Shown: positions 9,992 through 20,890 of the stretch, piece after piece | How the letters are laid out: each line of letters begins with the position of its first letter | Position numbering within the stretch: position 1 is the first letter of the stretch | Assembly (NCBI GenBank): GCA_964291675.2 | Contig: OZ219866.1 | Span: 1,888,001-1,952,000 of the forward strand | Direction of reading: 5' to 3' | Length of the DNA: 64,000 nucleotides | Source: Alphaproteobacteria bacterium | Lineage (GTDB): Bacteria > Pseudomonadota > Alphaproteobacteria > MPNO01 | Position numbers and translations under genes: made by a program | Notes under the pieces: generated by a model | What the model saw: only the letters and a program-made list of their open reading frames with translations | Database searches by the model: none | What the model was told of the DNA's origin: nothing

Positions 9992-10868
9992 GGGGCTTAT
10001 CACCGCTACTCGACGGAACGTCAGCTGGCGCAGACCGGCGGCGGGAACGCCGCCCGCACGGCCGCCGGTTGGGAGGGGTGGCGCCAGTGGGTGCCCGGAT
10101 CAAGTCCGGGCATGACGGGGTGGGGGGCATGGCGACGGGGCGGGCCGCGCCCGGCTCTTCCTGCTTCTCCACCGCCACCACCACCACGTCATGGCCGGAC
10201 TTGATCCGGCCATCCATACCCCTCCGCACGCACGGCGACTCGTGTGGAGGCATGGCGATCGGGGCGGGCCGCACCCGGCTCTCCATGCACCGCTCATGGA
10301 TGCTCGGAACAAGTCCACTGCTGTGCGGTTTAGATTTTCGACGCGGGCTCCGCGCCCGTGAGCATCTGCATCTCCGCTCCCGCTGTTACCCCTACGTCAT
10401 GGCCGGCCCCCGGATCAAGTCCGGGGGTGATCCGGCCATCCACGCGGCCTCTCCGCCCGCACGACGGTCCGACGAGAGGGGCGGCGGCGCCCATGGATGC
10501 CCGGATCAAGTCCGGGCATGACGAGGGAGGGCCGAGGGCGACGGCGGCATGCGACGACGCGTCGCGCGTGTCGCGATCCGTGTCCCGATCCGGCGGATGG
10601 GCCGGAAATCCGCGCGTACCGAGGCTTTGCGCCCGGTCCAGCTCATCCAAACCGGACAGCAGTGGACTCGATCCGGGCATCCACTGGCGCCGCCGCTCCT
10701 CCCGACGGGGCGTTGTACCGGTGGCGCCAGTGGTTGCGCGGATCAAGTCCGCGCATGGGTGGCCGGATCAAGTCCGGCCATGACGGGGTGGTGGTGGCGG
10801 TGGAGGAGTACGGGAGCCGGGGGCGGCCCGCCCGCCCGTGGGTGCCCGGAACGAGTCCGGGGTGACAC
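9992..10868. repeat. Repeat cluster: MITE-1 left end, REP-B copies and one MITE-2 (10316..10664)
   Basis: CTTCGATA|GGGGCTTATC at 9984..10001; many CCGGATCAAGTCCGG; TIRs CACTGCTGTGCGGTTT / AAACCGGACAGCAGTG. Confidence 0.85.
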
Positions 10869-10884
10869 AGGGGCCGGCGGCCGC

Positions 10885-11733
10885 TCACCCCATCAGCGCG
10901 CGGATGTATCCCGGCAGGCCGAAGGCGGCGAGGTGGACCTCCGGCGTGTAGTAGCGGGTCTCGATGCCGGCGGCGCGGAAGCGGCGTTCGATCTCGGCGA
11001 GCGGGGTGGCGCGGGGCGCGGCGCTCCGGCTGCCCCAGCCCAGCGTCATGAAGCCCGCCCCGTAGGTCGGCACCTGGGTGAGGTAGAGCCAGGCGTCGGC
11101 GAACAGCGTCCGCATCCGCCGATAGGTGCCGCGCGCCTCGTCTTCCTGCATGAAGGTGACGCCCGACTGGGCGACCAGGATGCCCGACTCGCCGAGCCGG
11201 GCGCGGCAGTCGGCGTAGAATTCCTGCTCGAACAGCGCGACCGACGAGCCGACGGGATCGGTCGAATCGACGACGATCACGTCGAAGACCTCGTCGGTCT
11301 CCTTCATGAAGGCGGCGCCGTCGGCGAAAATCACCTCGGCGCGCGGGTCGTCGAAGGCATCGCCGCAGATCGACGGCAGGTAGCGGCGCGACAGCTCGAC
11401 GACGGCGGGGTCGAGCTCGATCAGCGCGACCCGCTCGACATCGTGCTTCAAGGCCTCTTCCAGCGCGCCGCCGTCGCCGCCGCCCACGATCGCCACCCGC
11501 CGCGCCGCCCCGTGGGCGAGGATCGGCACGTGGACCAGCATCTCGTGATAGGCGAACTCGTCGCCCTCGGTGGTCTGGACGATGCCGTCGAGCGCCAGCA
11601 CCCGTCCGAAATACGGGTTCTCGAAGATCAGCAGGTCCTGGTAGCCGGTGCGTTCGCGGTGCAGGATCTTCGAGACCCTGAGGCTCTGCCGGTAGTCCTT
11701 GTAGAGGACTTCGGTGAACCATTCCTCGCTCAC
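10885..11733 (-). CDS. speE: Spermidine synthase
   Basis: GTG start; LALDGIVQTTEGDEFAYHE, GGGDGG and DVIVVDSTDP. Confidence 0.92.
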   Translation of the reverse strand: MSEEWFTEVLYKDYRQSLRVSKILHRERTGYQDLLIFENPYFGRVLALDGIVQTTEGDEFAYHEMLVHVPILAHGAARRVAIVGGGDGGALEEALKHDVERVALIELDPAVVELSRRYLPSICGDAFDDPRAEVIFADGAAFMKETDEVFDVIVVDSTDPVGSSVALFEQEFYADCRARLGESGILVAQSGVTFMQEDEARGTYRRMRTLFADAWLYLTQVPTYGAGFMTLGWGSRSAAPRATPLAEIERRFRAAGIETRYYTPEVHLAAFGLPGYIRALMG

Positions 11734-12125
11734 CCGACGACGCCCCGCCTGCGCTCCTCGACCGCCTCGCGGCCGGGCCGGTAGCGGCGCCTGAGCACCG
11801 GGACCGCGTTGCCCGGCTCGCAGCTTCCGCACATGAAGACGTCGAAGGCGGCGTAGCCGATCTCCGGCCAGGTGTGGACGCTGATATGCGACTCGGCGAG
11901 CACCGCGACCCCGGAGACGCCGCCGTTCTCCTCGAACCTGTGCACGTGGATGTGGAGGATCGTCGCGCCGCAGGCCTCGGACGCCTCGCGCAGCGCGGCC
12001 TCGGCGACGGCGATGTCGTCGAGACGGGAGGCGTCCCAGAAGTCGATCAGCAGATGGGTGCCCGCATGGACCGCGCCTTCGCTGCGGACGAGGTAGTCGC
12101 CGGCGGGCGGGGCGATGTCGGCCAT
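11730..12125 (-). CDS. speD: S-adenosylmethionine decarboxylase proenzyme
   Basis: AESHISVHTWPE cleavage motif, DVFMCG; adjacent to speE. Confidence 0.92.
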   Translation of the reverse strand: MADIAPPAGDYLVRSEGAVHAGTHLLIDFWDASRLDDIAVAEAALREASEACGATILHIHVHRFEENGGVSGVAVLAESHISVHTWPEIGYAAFDVFMCGSCEPGNAVPVLRRRYRPGREAVEERRRGVVG

Positions 12126-12134
12126 CGGGTCCGG

Positions 12135-13913
<1,779 letters not shown>

Positions 13914-13934
13914 GGCAAGAGTCCTCGTGGCGGG

Positions 13935-15371
13935 TCAGGGGTCCGGCGGGGCCAGCACCTTGCCCGGGTTCATCAGGTTGTCGGGGTCGAGCGCCTGCTT
14001 GATCCGGCGCATCAGGTCGATGGCGATTCCGGGCTTGTAGCGGAGCAGCGCCTCGCGCTTGAGCTGGCCGATCCCGTGCTCGGCGCTGATGCTGCCGCCG
14101 TGGCGCGCGGCGGCGTCGTGGACGATGGCGTTGAGCTCGCTCTCGCGCTCCAGGAACGCCGCCCCGTCGCCGCCCGCCGGCTGGCTCATGTTGAAGTGCA
14201 GATTGCCGTCGCCGACATGGCCGAAGGCGCAGACCCGGACGCCGTCGACCGCCGCCCCGGCCGCCGCCGCCGCCTCTTCCATGAAGGCGGGGATGCGCGA
14301 GACCGGCACCGAGACGTCGTGCTTGATCGAGACCCCGTCGCGCGTCTGGGCCTCGGGGACGGTCTCGCGGATTTTCCAGAAATCGGCCGCCTGGGCGCCG
14401 CTCTCGGCGATCACCGCGTCGCGCACCAGCCCGTCCTCCATCGCCTCGGCGAGCAGCGACTCCATCCGGCCGCGCACGTCGTCGGCCTCCGAGCCGGCCG
14501 AGAGCTCGGCGAGCACGTAGCACGGGTGGCGGTCGGCAAAGGGATCGCGGGTGCCCTCGATCCGGGCGATGGTCATCTCGAAGGGGAGCCGCAGGATGAG
14601 CTCGAACGCCGTCACCCGGTCGCCCGTCGCCGCCCGCGCGCGGGCGAGCAGCTCGACCGCGGCCGCCGGGTCGTCGATCGCCACCAGCGCGGTCTCCACC
14701 GCCCGCGGGCGGGGAAACAGCTTCAGCACCGCCGCGGTGATGATGCCGAGCGTCCCCTCCGCGCCGATGAACAGATGCTTGAGGTCGTAGCCGGTATTGT
14801 CCTTCCTGAGCGCCGACAGCCCGTCCCAGACCCGCCCGTCGGGCAGCACGACCTCGAGCCCCAGCGCGAGGTCGCGCGCATTGCCGTAGCGCAGCACCCC
14901 GGTGCCGCCCGCGTTGGTCGACAGATTGCCGCCGATCCGCGCCGTCCCCTCGCCGCCGAGCGAGAGCGGGAACAGCCGGTCGGCCTCCGCCGCCGCCTTC
15001 TGCACGTCGGCCAGGATCACGCCGGCCTCGACGGTGATGGTGTAGTTGAGCGGATCGACCTCGCGCACCCGGTTGAGCCGCGCCAGGCTGAGAACCAGCG
15101 CGCGGCCGCTCGGATCCGGCGTCGCCGCGCCGCAGAGCCCGGTATTGCCGCCCTGCGGCACGATGGGGATTTTTTCGCCCGCGCACAGCGCGACCACCCG
15201 GGCGACCTCGCCGGTGGTCGACGGGCGGACCACCGCCTGCGCCGCCCCGCGGTAGCGCTTGCGCTCGTCGACCAGATAGGGCGCCATGTCGGCCGCCCCG
15301 GTCAGCAGCCCGCCGGCGCCGACGACGGCGGTCAGGCGCTCGCGCAGCGCGGGTTCGAGCGTGGCATCCAT
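13935..15371 (-). CDS. FAD-linked oxidase, D-2-hydroxyglutarate/D-lactate dehydrogenase family
   Basis: PQGGNTGL, LRKDNTGYDL, GHVGDGNLH and SAEHGIG. Confidence 0.88.
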   Translation of the reverse strand: MDATLEPALRERLTAVVGAGGLLTGAADMAPYLVDERKRYRGAAQAVVRPSTTGEVARVVALCAGEKIPIVPQGGNTGLCGAATPDPSGRALVLSLARLNRVREVDPLNYTITVEAGVILADVQKAAAEADRLFPLSLGGEGTARIGGNLSTNAGGTGVLRYGNARDLALGLEVVLPDGRVWDGLSALRKDNTGYDLKHLFIGAEGTLGIITAAVLKLFPRPRAVETALVAIDDPAAAVELLARARAATGDRVTAFELILRLPFEMTIARIEGTRDPFADRHPCYVLAELSAGSEADDVRGRMESLLAEAMEDGLVRDAVIAESGAQAADFWKIRETVPEAQTRDGVSIKHDVSVPVSRIPAFMEEAAAAAGAAVDGVRVCAFGHVGDGNLHFNMSQPAGGDGAAFLERESELNAIVHDAAARHGGSISAEHGIGQLKREALLRYKPGIAIDLMRRIKQALDPDNLMNPGKVLAPPDP

Positions 15372-15403
15372 GCGTGACTTTTAACCCGCATGTCTCGCCG
15401 CTG

Positions 15404-16359
15404 TCACGGGCGCGGCGCGGCGGCGCGGCGCAGCCGGTCCATGATCGCGCGGCCGAGCCCGTCCTCCGGCACCGGCATGGCGACGATCGCCGCGCAGCCG
15501 CTGCGGTCGAGCTCGTGCAGCGCGGCGAACAGATTGGCCGCCGCCTCGACCGGATTCCCGCGGGGCTCAGATTGCGCTCGACCGCGGCGCCCGGCGGCGC
15601 ATCGGGGCCGAAGGACAGCAGCGCCTCGCCGGGCCCGGCGCCCCGGGCGTCGATCCTGAGCGGCAGCTTGGGCGCGTAGTGGCTCGCGAGCTGGCCCGGC
15701 GAGCGCGGCGCGGCGCCTGGCCCGGGCGCCGCCAGCGGACCGATCAGCGCCTCGATCTCCTCCGCCGGCGTGCCGCCGGGGCGGAGCAGCCGGGCGGTCG
15801 CGCCGCTGAGATCGACCACGGTCGACTCGATGCCGACCGCGCAGGGCCCGTCGTCGAGCACCAGGTCGACCGCATCGCCGAGCGCATCCAGCACATGCCG
15901 GGCGCGGGTCGGGCTGACGGCGCCGGCCGCGTTGGCGCTCGGCGCGGCGACCGGCAGGCCGGTCTCCGCCAGCAGCGCCTCCGCCGCCTGCCCGCGCGGC
16001 GCCCGGACGGCGAGCGTCGGCAGCCCGGACCCGGCCAGCATCGAGACCGGGCAGCCCGGGCGCCGCGGCAGCACCAGCGAGAGCGGGCCCGGCCAGAACC
16101 GTTCCGCGAGGGTCTCCGCTTGCTCGGTCCACGCCACCAGCGAGCGGGCCGCCTCGACCCCCGTCACGTGGACGATCAGCGGGTTGAATGCCGGGCGGCG
16201 CTTGGCCTCGAACAGGCGGGCGACGGCGCGCCCGTCGGTCGCATCGGCGCCGAGCCCGTAGACCGTCTCCGTCGGGAAGGCGACCAGGCCGCCGGCGCGC
16301 AGCACCCGGGCGGCCTCGGCGATGGCCGCCGGGCCGGGCTCAAGCGCCGTCGCGCCCAC
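15404..16359 (-). CDS. sua5: L-threonylcarbamoyladenylate synthase (Sua5), apparent 1-nt frameshift near 15557
   Basis: FPTETVYGLGA, NPLIVH, AAPSAN and SPGQLASHYAP; C-terminal NPVEAAANLFAALHELD continues in another frame. Confidence 0.85.
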
Positions 16360-17116
16360 GGGCGATGAACTCCGGGTTCAGGAACCCCGGCTTGCCGTAG
16401 CGGAGCGGCGCGCCGCCGGTCGTCCGCACGCTGCCGCCGGCGGCGCGCAGGACGGCGTCGCCCGCGGCGGTGTCCCACTCGTTGGTCTCGCCGTAGCGCG
16501 GGTAGAGATCGCCCTCGCCGGCGGCGAGCAGGCAGAACTTGAGCGAGCTCCCGACAATGCGGTGGGTGGAGATCTTCATGCCCGCGAGCAGCTCGGCGAG
16601 CCTCTCGCGGTCGCCATGCCTGCGGCTCGACAGCACCGCCGGGCCCCCGGCGGGCACCTTCCGGGCCGAGATCGGCTCGCGCGCGCCGCCCCGCCGCGAC
16701 CGCCACGCAGGCCCCGGCGCGAGCCCGCCATAGGTCACCCCGAGCGCCGGCGCATGCACCGCGCCCAGCACCGGCGCCCGGTCCTCGATCAGCGCGATGT
16801 TGACGGTGAACTCGTCGGTCTCGCCCAAAAATTCCCGGGTTCCGTCCAGCGGATCGACCAGCCAGAACCGTTCGCCGCCCTGTTCCGGCGCGGCGCCGGC
16901 GGCGGCCTCCTCCTCGGCGATTGCCGGGATGCCGGGGTCGAGCGCGCGGAGCGCCCGGAGGATCAGCGCCTCCGCCTCGCGGTCGGCGATCGTGACCGGC
17001 GAGGCGTCCGCCTTGCGCTCGACGGCGACGCCGGTGCGGTAATGGCGGAGGATCGCCCGCCCGGCCTCCTCGGCGATCGCCGCGACGCGGTCGAGCAGGG
17101 CGGGGCCGGCCTTCAA
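16340..17116 (-). CDS. cysQ: 3'(2'),5'-bisphosphate nucleotidase
   Basis: SPVTIAD, WLVDPLDGTREF, GSSLKF and EWDTAAG. Confidence 0.9.
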   Translation of the reverse strand: MKAGPALLDRVAAIAEEAGRAILRHYRTGVAVERKADASPVTIADREAEALILRALRALDPGIPAIAEEEAAAGAAPEQGGERFWLVDPLDGTREFLGETDEFTVNIALIEDRAPVLGAVHAPALGVTYGGLAPGPAWRSRRGGAREPISARKVPAGGPAVLSSRRHGDRERLAELLAGMKISTHRIVGSSLKFCLLAAGEGDLYPRYGETNEWDTAAGDAVLRAAGGSVRTTGGAPLRYGKPGFLNPEFIARGRDGA

Positions 17117-17958
17117 CGCGCCCCGGGCCAGGCGGCGGCCGTCCCCGCGCCGGGCCAGGCGGCCGGCGCGCGGGCGGCCTCGGCGGCCTCCGCGGGGGGC
17201 AGCGCCGGGTCCCAGTCATTGCCGACGAAGCGGCAATCCGTCACCCCGTCCGAGGCGTCCGAGGCGAGCCAGAGCAGCGGCGCCACCATCACGCCGGGCT
17301 GGACCAGGGCGTCGCGGTCGAACGGCGCGTTGGCGGGGATGAAGCCGGTATTGGTGGGCCCGCCCGGGACCAGCACGTTGGCGGTCACCCCGGTGCCCTC
17401 CAGATCCTTGGCCCAGCTCGAGGTCGCCGCCTCCAGCGCCGCCTTCGACTGGCCGTAGGGGGTGTAGGCCTTGCGGTGCATGGTATCGAGGCTGGTGGTG
17501 ACGTTGACGATGCGGCCCCAGCCCTGGGCCACCAGATGCGGCGCGGCGAGCCTGGCGATCATGAAGGGCGCCTTGAAGTTCACGTCCATCATGCGCTGCC
17601 AGCGCTCGATATCGGCCTCCCAGAACGACACCGGCTCGTTCATGTAGGTCTCGCGGATGGTCTGCATGCCGACGCCGGCGTTGTTGACCACGATGTGGAG
17701 CCCGCCGAGGGCGCCGTTCGCGCGGGCGACCAGCGCGGCGCAGGCGGTGGAGTCGGTTATGTCGGCCGCCATGGTGTCGAGACGGCCGGGCCCGTTGCGC
17801 GCGCGCGCCGCCTCGGCCAGCGCCGCCAGCGGCTCGGCGCGCATGTCGACGGCGAGCACGTCGGCCCCGTCGCCGACCAGGCCGAGCGACATCGCGCTAC
17901 CCATGCCGCCGCCGCCGCCGGTGACGATCGCGACCTTGCCGGCCAGGGGTTCCGCCAC
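17113..17958 (-). CDS. SDR family oxidoreductase
   Basis: GGAGG RBS plus GTG; TGGGGGMG, NNAG and YGQSK. Confidence 0.85.
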   Translation of the reverse strand: MAEPLAGKVAIVTGGGGGMGSAMSLGLVGDGADVLAVDMRAEPLAALAEAARARNGPGRLDTMAADITDSTACAALVARANGALGGLHIVVNNAGVGMQTIRETYMNEPVSFWEADIERWQRMMDVNFKAPFMIARLAAPHLVAQGWGRIVNVTTSLDTMHRKAYTPYGQSKAALEAATSSWAKDLEGTGVTANVLVPGGPTNTGFIPANAPFDRDALVQPGVMVAPLLWLASDASDGVTDCRFVGNDWDPALPPAEAAEAARAPAAWPGAGTAAAWPGAR

Positions 17959-18066
17959 GAATACCTCCCATCGCGCGGTTTCAGAGTGCGCGCGGAACTT
18001 ACTTGCGGCAATCCCGGCGGACAACCGCGCGGACCGGCGCCGCCCGGCGGGCGATCCCGCGGCCGG

Positions 18067-18420
18067 TCACGCGGCGTGGGGCTCGATCTCGCGTTCGATC
18101 CTGTCGCGCAGCCCGCGTTCGGCAATTTCCAGGTCGTACCGGGTCTGTAGATTCATCCAGAACTCCGGCGTCGTGCCGAAATAGCGCCCCAGGCGCAGCG
18201 CGGTGTCGACGCTCACGCCCCTTCGGCCCTGCACGAGATCGTTCAGCCGCGGCCGCGAGACCCTGAGCGCTTTGGCGAGCCGGTACACGCTGAGCGCCAT
18301 CGGCGTCAGGAACTCGTCGCGCAACACCTCGCCGGGATGCACCGGCGCCAGCCGCCGTCCGGCAACGACATCCGAGAAATCGATCCGCCGCCGGTCGACA
18401 TCCTCTCGCTCGATGGTCAT
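18067..18420 (-). CDS. higA: HigA family addiction module antitoxin
   Basis: PVHPGEVLRDEFL...TALRLGRYFGTTPEFWMNLQ. Confidence 0.9.
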   Translation of the reverse strand: MTIEREDVDRRRIDFSDVVAGRRLAPVHPGEVLRDEFLTPMALSVYRLAKALRVSRPRLNDLVQGRRGVSVDTALRLGRYFGTTPEFWMNLQTRYDLEIAERGLRDRIEREIEPHAA

Positions 18421-18433
18421 GGCATGCCGCCCT

Positions 18434-18480
18434 TCAACGATAATCGACGATCTCGACCTCCCAGGCGGCGCCCTCGCGCC
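18434..18480 (-). pseudogene. C-terminal remnant of HigB toxin
   Basis: REGAAWEVEIVDYR* just upstream of higA matches the HigB VEIVDYH terminus; remainder missing. Confidence 0.65.
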
Positions 18481-18541
18481 TGCTCGGGATGAACATAGAG
18501 GACTCCCTCACCCTGGGTAGCGGCGGAGCCGCGTATCGAAG

Positions 18542-18999
18542 GAGGCTTATACCGAATACTTGACGGGCGGGACGCCAACGACACTTCTTCCGTCATGCCC
18601 GGCCCCCGCTCCTTCTCCCCGTTGCTTCACCGACACTCCCGCTACTCCCCACCCCGTCATGCCCGGACTTGATCCGGGCACCCATGGCCGGACTTGATCC
18701 GGCCACCCACCGGCGCCGCCCCCCACCGGCCGTTGTGCGCGCCGAGCCGATAGCCGCCGAGAGGCCGCATGGGTGCCCGGGCGGGAGGCGCCGTGGTGGC
18801 AGTGGGTGCCCGGATCACCCCCGGACTTGATCCAGGGGCCGGGGCATGACGAGGGGGGTGCATGACGGGGGGTGCATGACGAGGTGGGGAGGCATGGCGA
18901 GCGTTCCGACGTTCGGGCGCGACGCCGGGGATCGCCGGCGGGCGCGCCGCCCCCCGTGACGCCCGGCCCCCGCTCCGTCAAGTAATCTGGATAAGCCCC
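18542..18999. mobile_element. MITE-1 copy
   Basis: TIRs GAGGCTTATACCGAATACTTGACG / CGTCAAGTAATCTGGATAAGCCCC; TSD TATCGAAG at 18534..18541 and 19000..19007. Confidence 0.8.
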
Positions 19000-19913
19000 T
19001 ATCGAAGGGCGGCCAGGCGGCACCCACGGCGTGGATCACCAGCCACGCGCCCATGGCGAATTCGGGCGGGATCGCGATCGCGCTTCCGGCAAGCTCGGCG
19101 ACGGGCACGCCGGCGGATTCGACGAAGCGCCTTGTCGCCGCGATATCGGCGCTTTCGAGGATTGCGGCGGCGATGAAGGGGAGGCTCGGCGGGCGGGCGG
19201 CGGGGAGGATGCGGGCGAGCCCGGCGGGGTCGACGAAATCGAGCCGGCCGCGGTCGAGCGCGACGGTCGACGGTCGCCGCCGCCGCCTCGCGCCCGGTGA
19301 AGCGGGCATGACGGGCGGCGGCCTCGGCAGGGTCGTCGGTGCAGACCAGGACGCCCGCGAGCCCGGCGAGCGCGTTGTCGCGGGCGATCGCCGAGTCCTG
19401 CCAGACGAGGTCGGGCGTCTCGTGGCGCAGGATCTGCATGCGGCCCTCCGCCATGGTGCCGGGCGGGACGCGCAGCACCGAGAACGCGGCCTCTTCCTCG
19501 CCGCCGCCGTCGACCGGCATCGGCCGGCGCAGATGGGCCACGGGCCGCGGCGCAAACCCGGCTTCCTCCAGCCGCCGCGCCTCGGCGTCGGTGTCGTCGA
19601 CCGAATACGCGATCAGGTGCAGCCCCTCATGGCGGGCGACCGCCTCGCGGTGGGCGCGCGCGAACGGCGTGTCGAGCCCCGCCACGTCGGTCAGGATCTC
19701 CAGATAGCCGCGCCGCAGCATGGCGCAGCGATTGGCGGTGCCGGTCGGCACGCGCTCGCCCGCCGCGTCTTCGTTGCGGTGGATCGTGAACGGGGTCAGC
19801 GGGAAGCCGAGGCGGGCGAACGCCCCGGATGCCGCGTCCATGTCGGAGACGAACCAGCCGACATGGTCGAGGAAGATCTCCCCCGGGGCGGGGGTCTGTG
19901 CGGCGGCGCTCAG
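19000..19913 (-). pseudogene. VOC/glyoxalase-like protein, frameshifted
   Basis: FLDHVGWFV, GTANRCAML and GYLEI; 7-bp tandem duplication at 19262..19275 shifts frame; 3' end interrupted by MITE-1. Confidence 0.7.
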
Positions 19914-20872
19914 TCGTCCCAGACCTCTTCCCAGCTTCCCTGGGTCGCCGCCTTGGAATACTCCGTCGCCCGGTTCTCGAAGAAGTTGGTGTGCTCCATG
20001 CCGTTGAGCATCTCGTCCATCCAGGGCAGCGGGTTGCGCTCGGTGCGGTAGATCGGCTGCAGGCCGAGCTGAGACAGGCGGCGGTCGGCGATGTAGCGGA
20101 TGTACTGCTTGACCTCCGCCCCGGTCAGCCCCTCCACGCCGCCGAGCTCGAAGGCGAGGTCGATGAACGCGTCCTCGTGCTCCACCACGGTGTTGCAGAT
20201 CGTGTAGAGCTCGCGCTGGAACGCCTCGGTCCAGATCTCCCGGTTCTCGTCGATGAAGGTGCGGAACAGGTGGACGATCGAATCCGTGTGCAGCGACTCG
20301 TCGCGCACCGACCAGGAGACGATCTGGCCCATCCCCTTCATCTTGTTGACGCGCGGGAAGTTCATCAGGATCGCGAAGCTGGCGAACAGCTGGAGCCCTT
20401 CGGTGAAGGCGCCGAACACGGCCAGCGTCTTGGCGATGTCCTCCTTGGTGTCGGTGCCGAATTGCTGCATGAAGTCGTACTTGTCCTTCATCTCCTTGTA
20501 GCGGAGGAAGGCCTGGTACTCGGTCTCCGGCATGCCGATGGTGTCGAGCAGATGCGAGTAGGCGGCGATGTGGACGGTCTCCATGTTGGAGAACGCCGAC
20601 AGCATCATCTGCACCTCGGTCGGCTCGAACACGCGGGCGTAGTGCCGCATGTAGCAGTTGTTCACCTCGATGTCGGACTGGGTGAAGAAGCGGAAGATCT
20701 GGGTCAGCGTATGGCGCTCTTCCGCGCTCAGCTTGTTGTGCCAGTCCTTGACGTCGTCGGCGAGCGGCACCTCCTCGGGCAGCCAGTGGATGCGCTGCTG
20801 GGTGAGCCAGGCGTCATAGGCCCAGGGGTAGCGGAAGGGCTTGTAGACTCCGTTCGAATCGAGCAGCGACAT
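19910..20872 (-). CDS. nrdB: Class Ia ribonucleotide reductase beta subunit
   Basis: FFTQSDIEV, ETVHIAAY, RDESLH and NFFENRATEY. Confidence 0.95.
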   Translation of the reverse strand: MSLLDSNGVYKPFRYPWAYDAWLTQQRIHWLPEEVPLADDVKDWHNKLSAEERHTLTQIFRFFTQSDIEVNNCYMRHYARVFEPTEVQMMLSAFSNMETVHIAAYSHLLDTIGMPETEYQAFLRYKEMKDKYDFMQQFGTDTKEDIAKTLAVFGAFTEGLQLFASFAILMNFPRVNKMKGMGQIVSWSVRDESLHTDSIVHLFRTFIDENREIWTEAFQRELYTICNTVVEHEDAFIDLAFELGGVEGLTGAEVKQYIRYIADRRLSQLGLQPIYRTERNPLPWMDEMLNGMEHTNFFENRATEYSKAATQGSWEEVWDD

Positions 20873-20890
20873 CGGCGTTCCTACCCGGAC

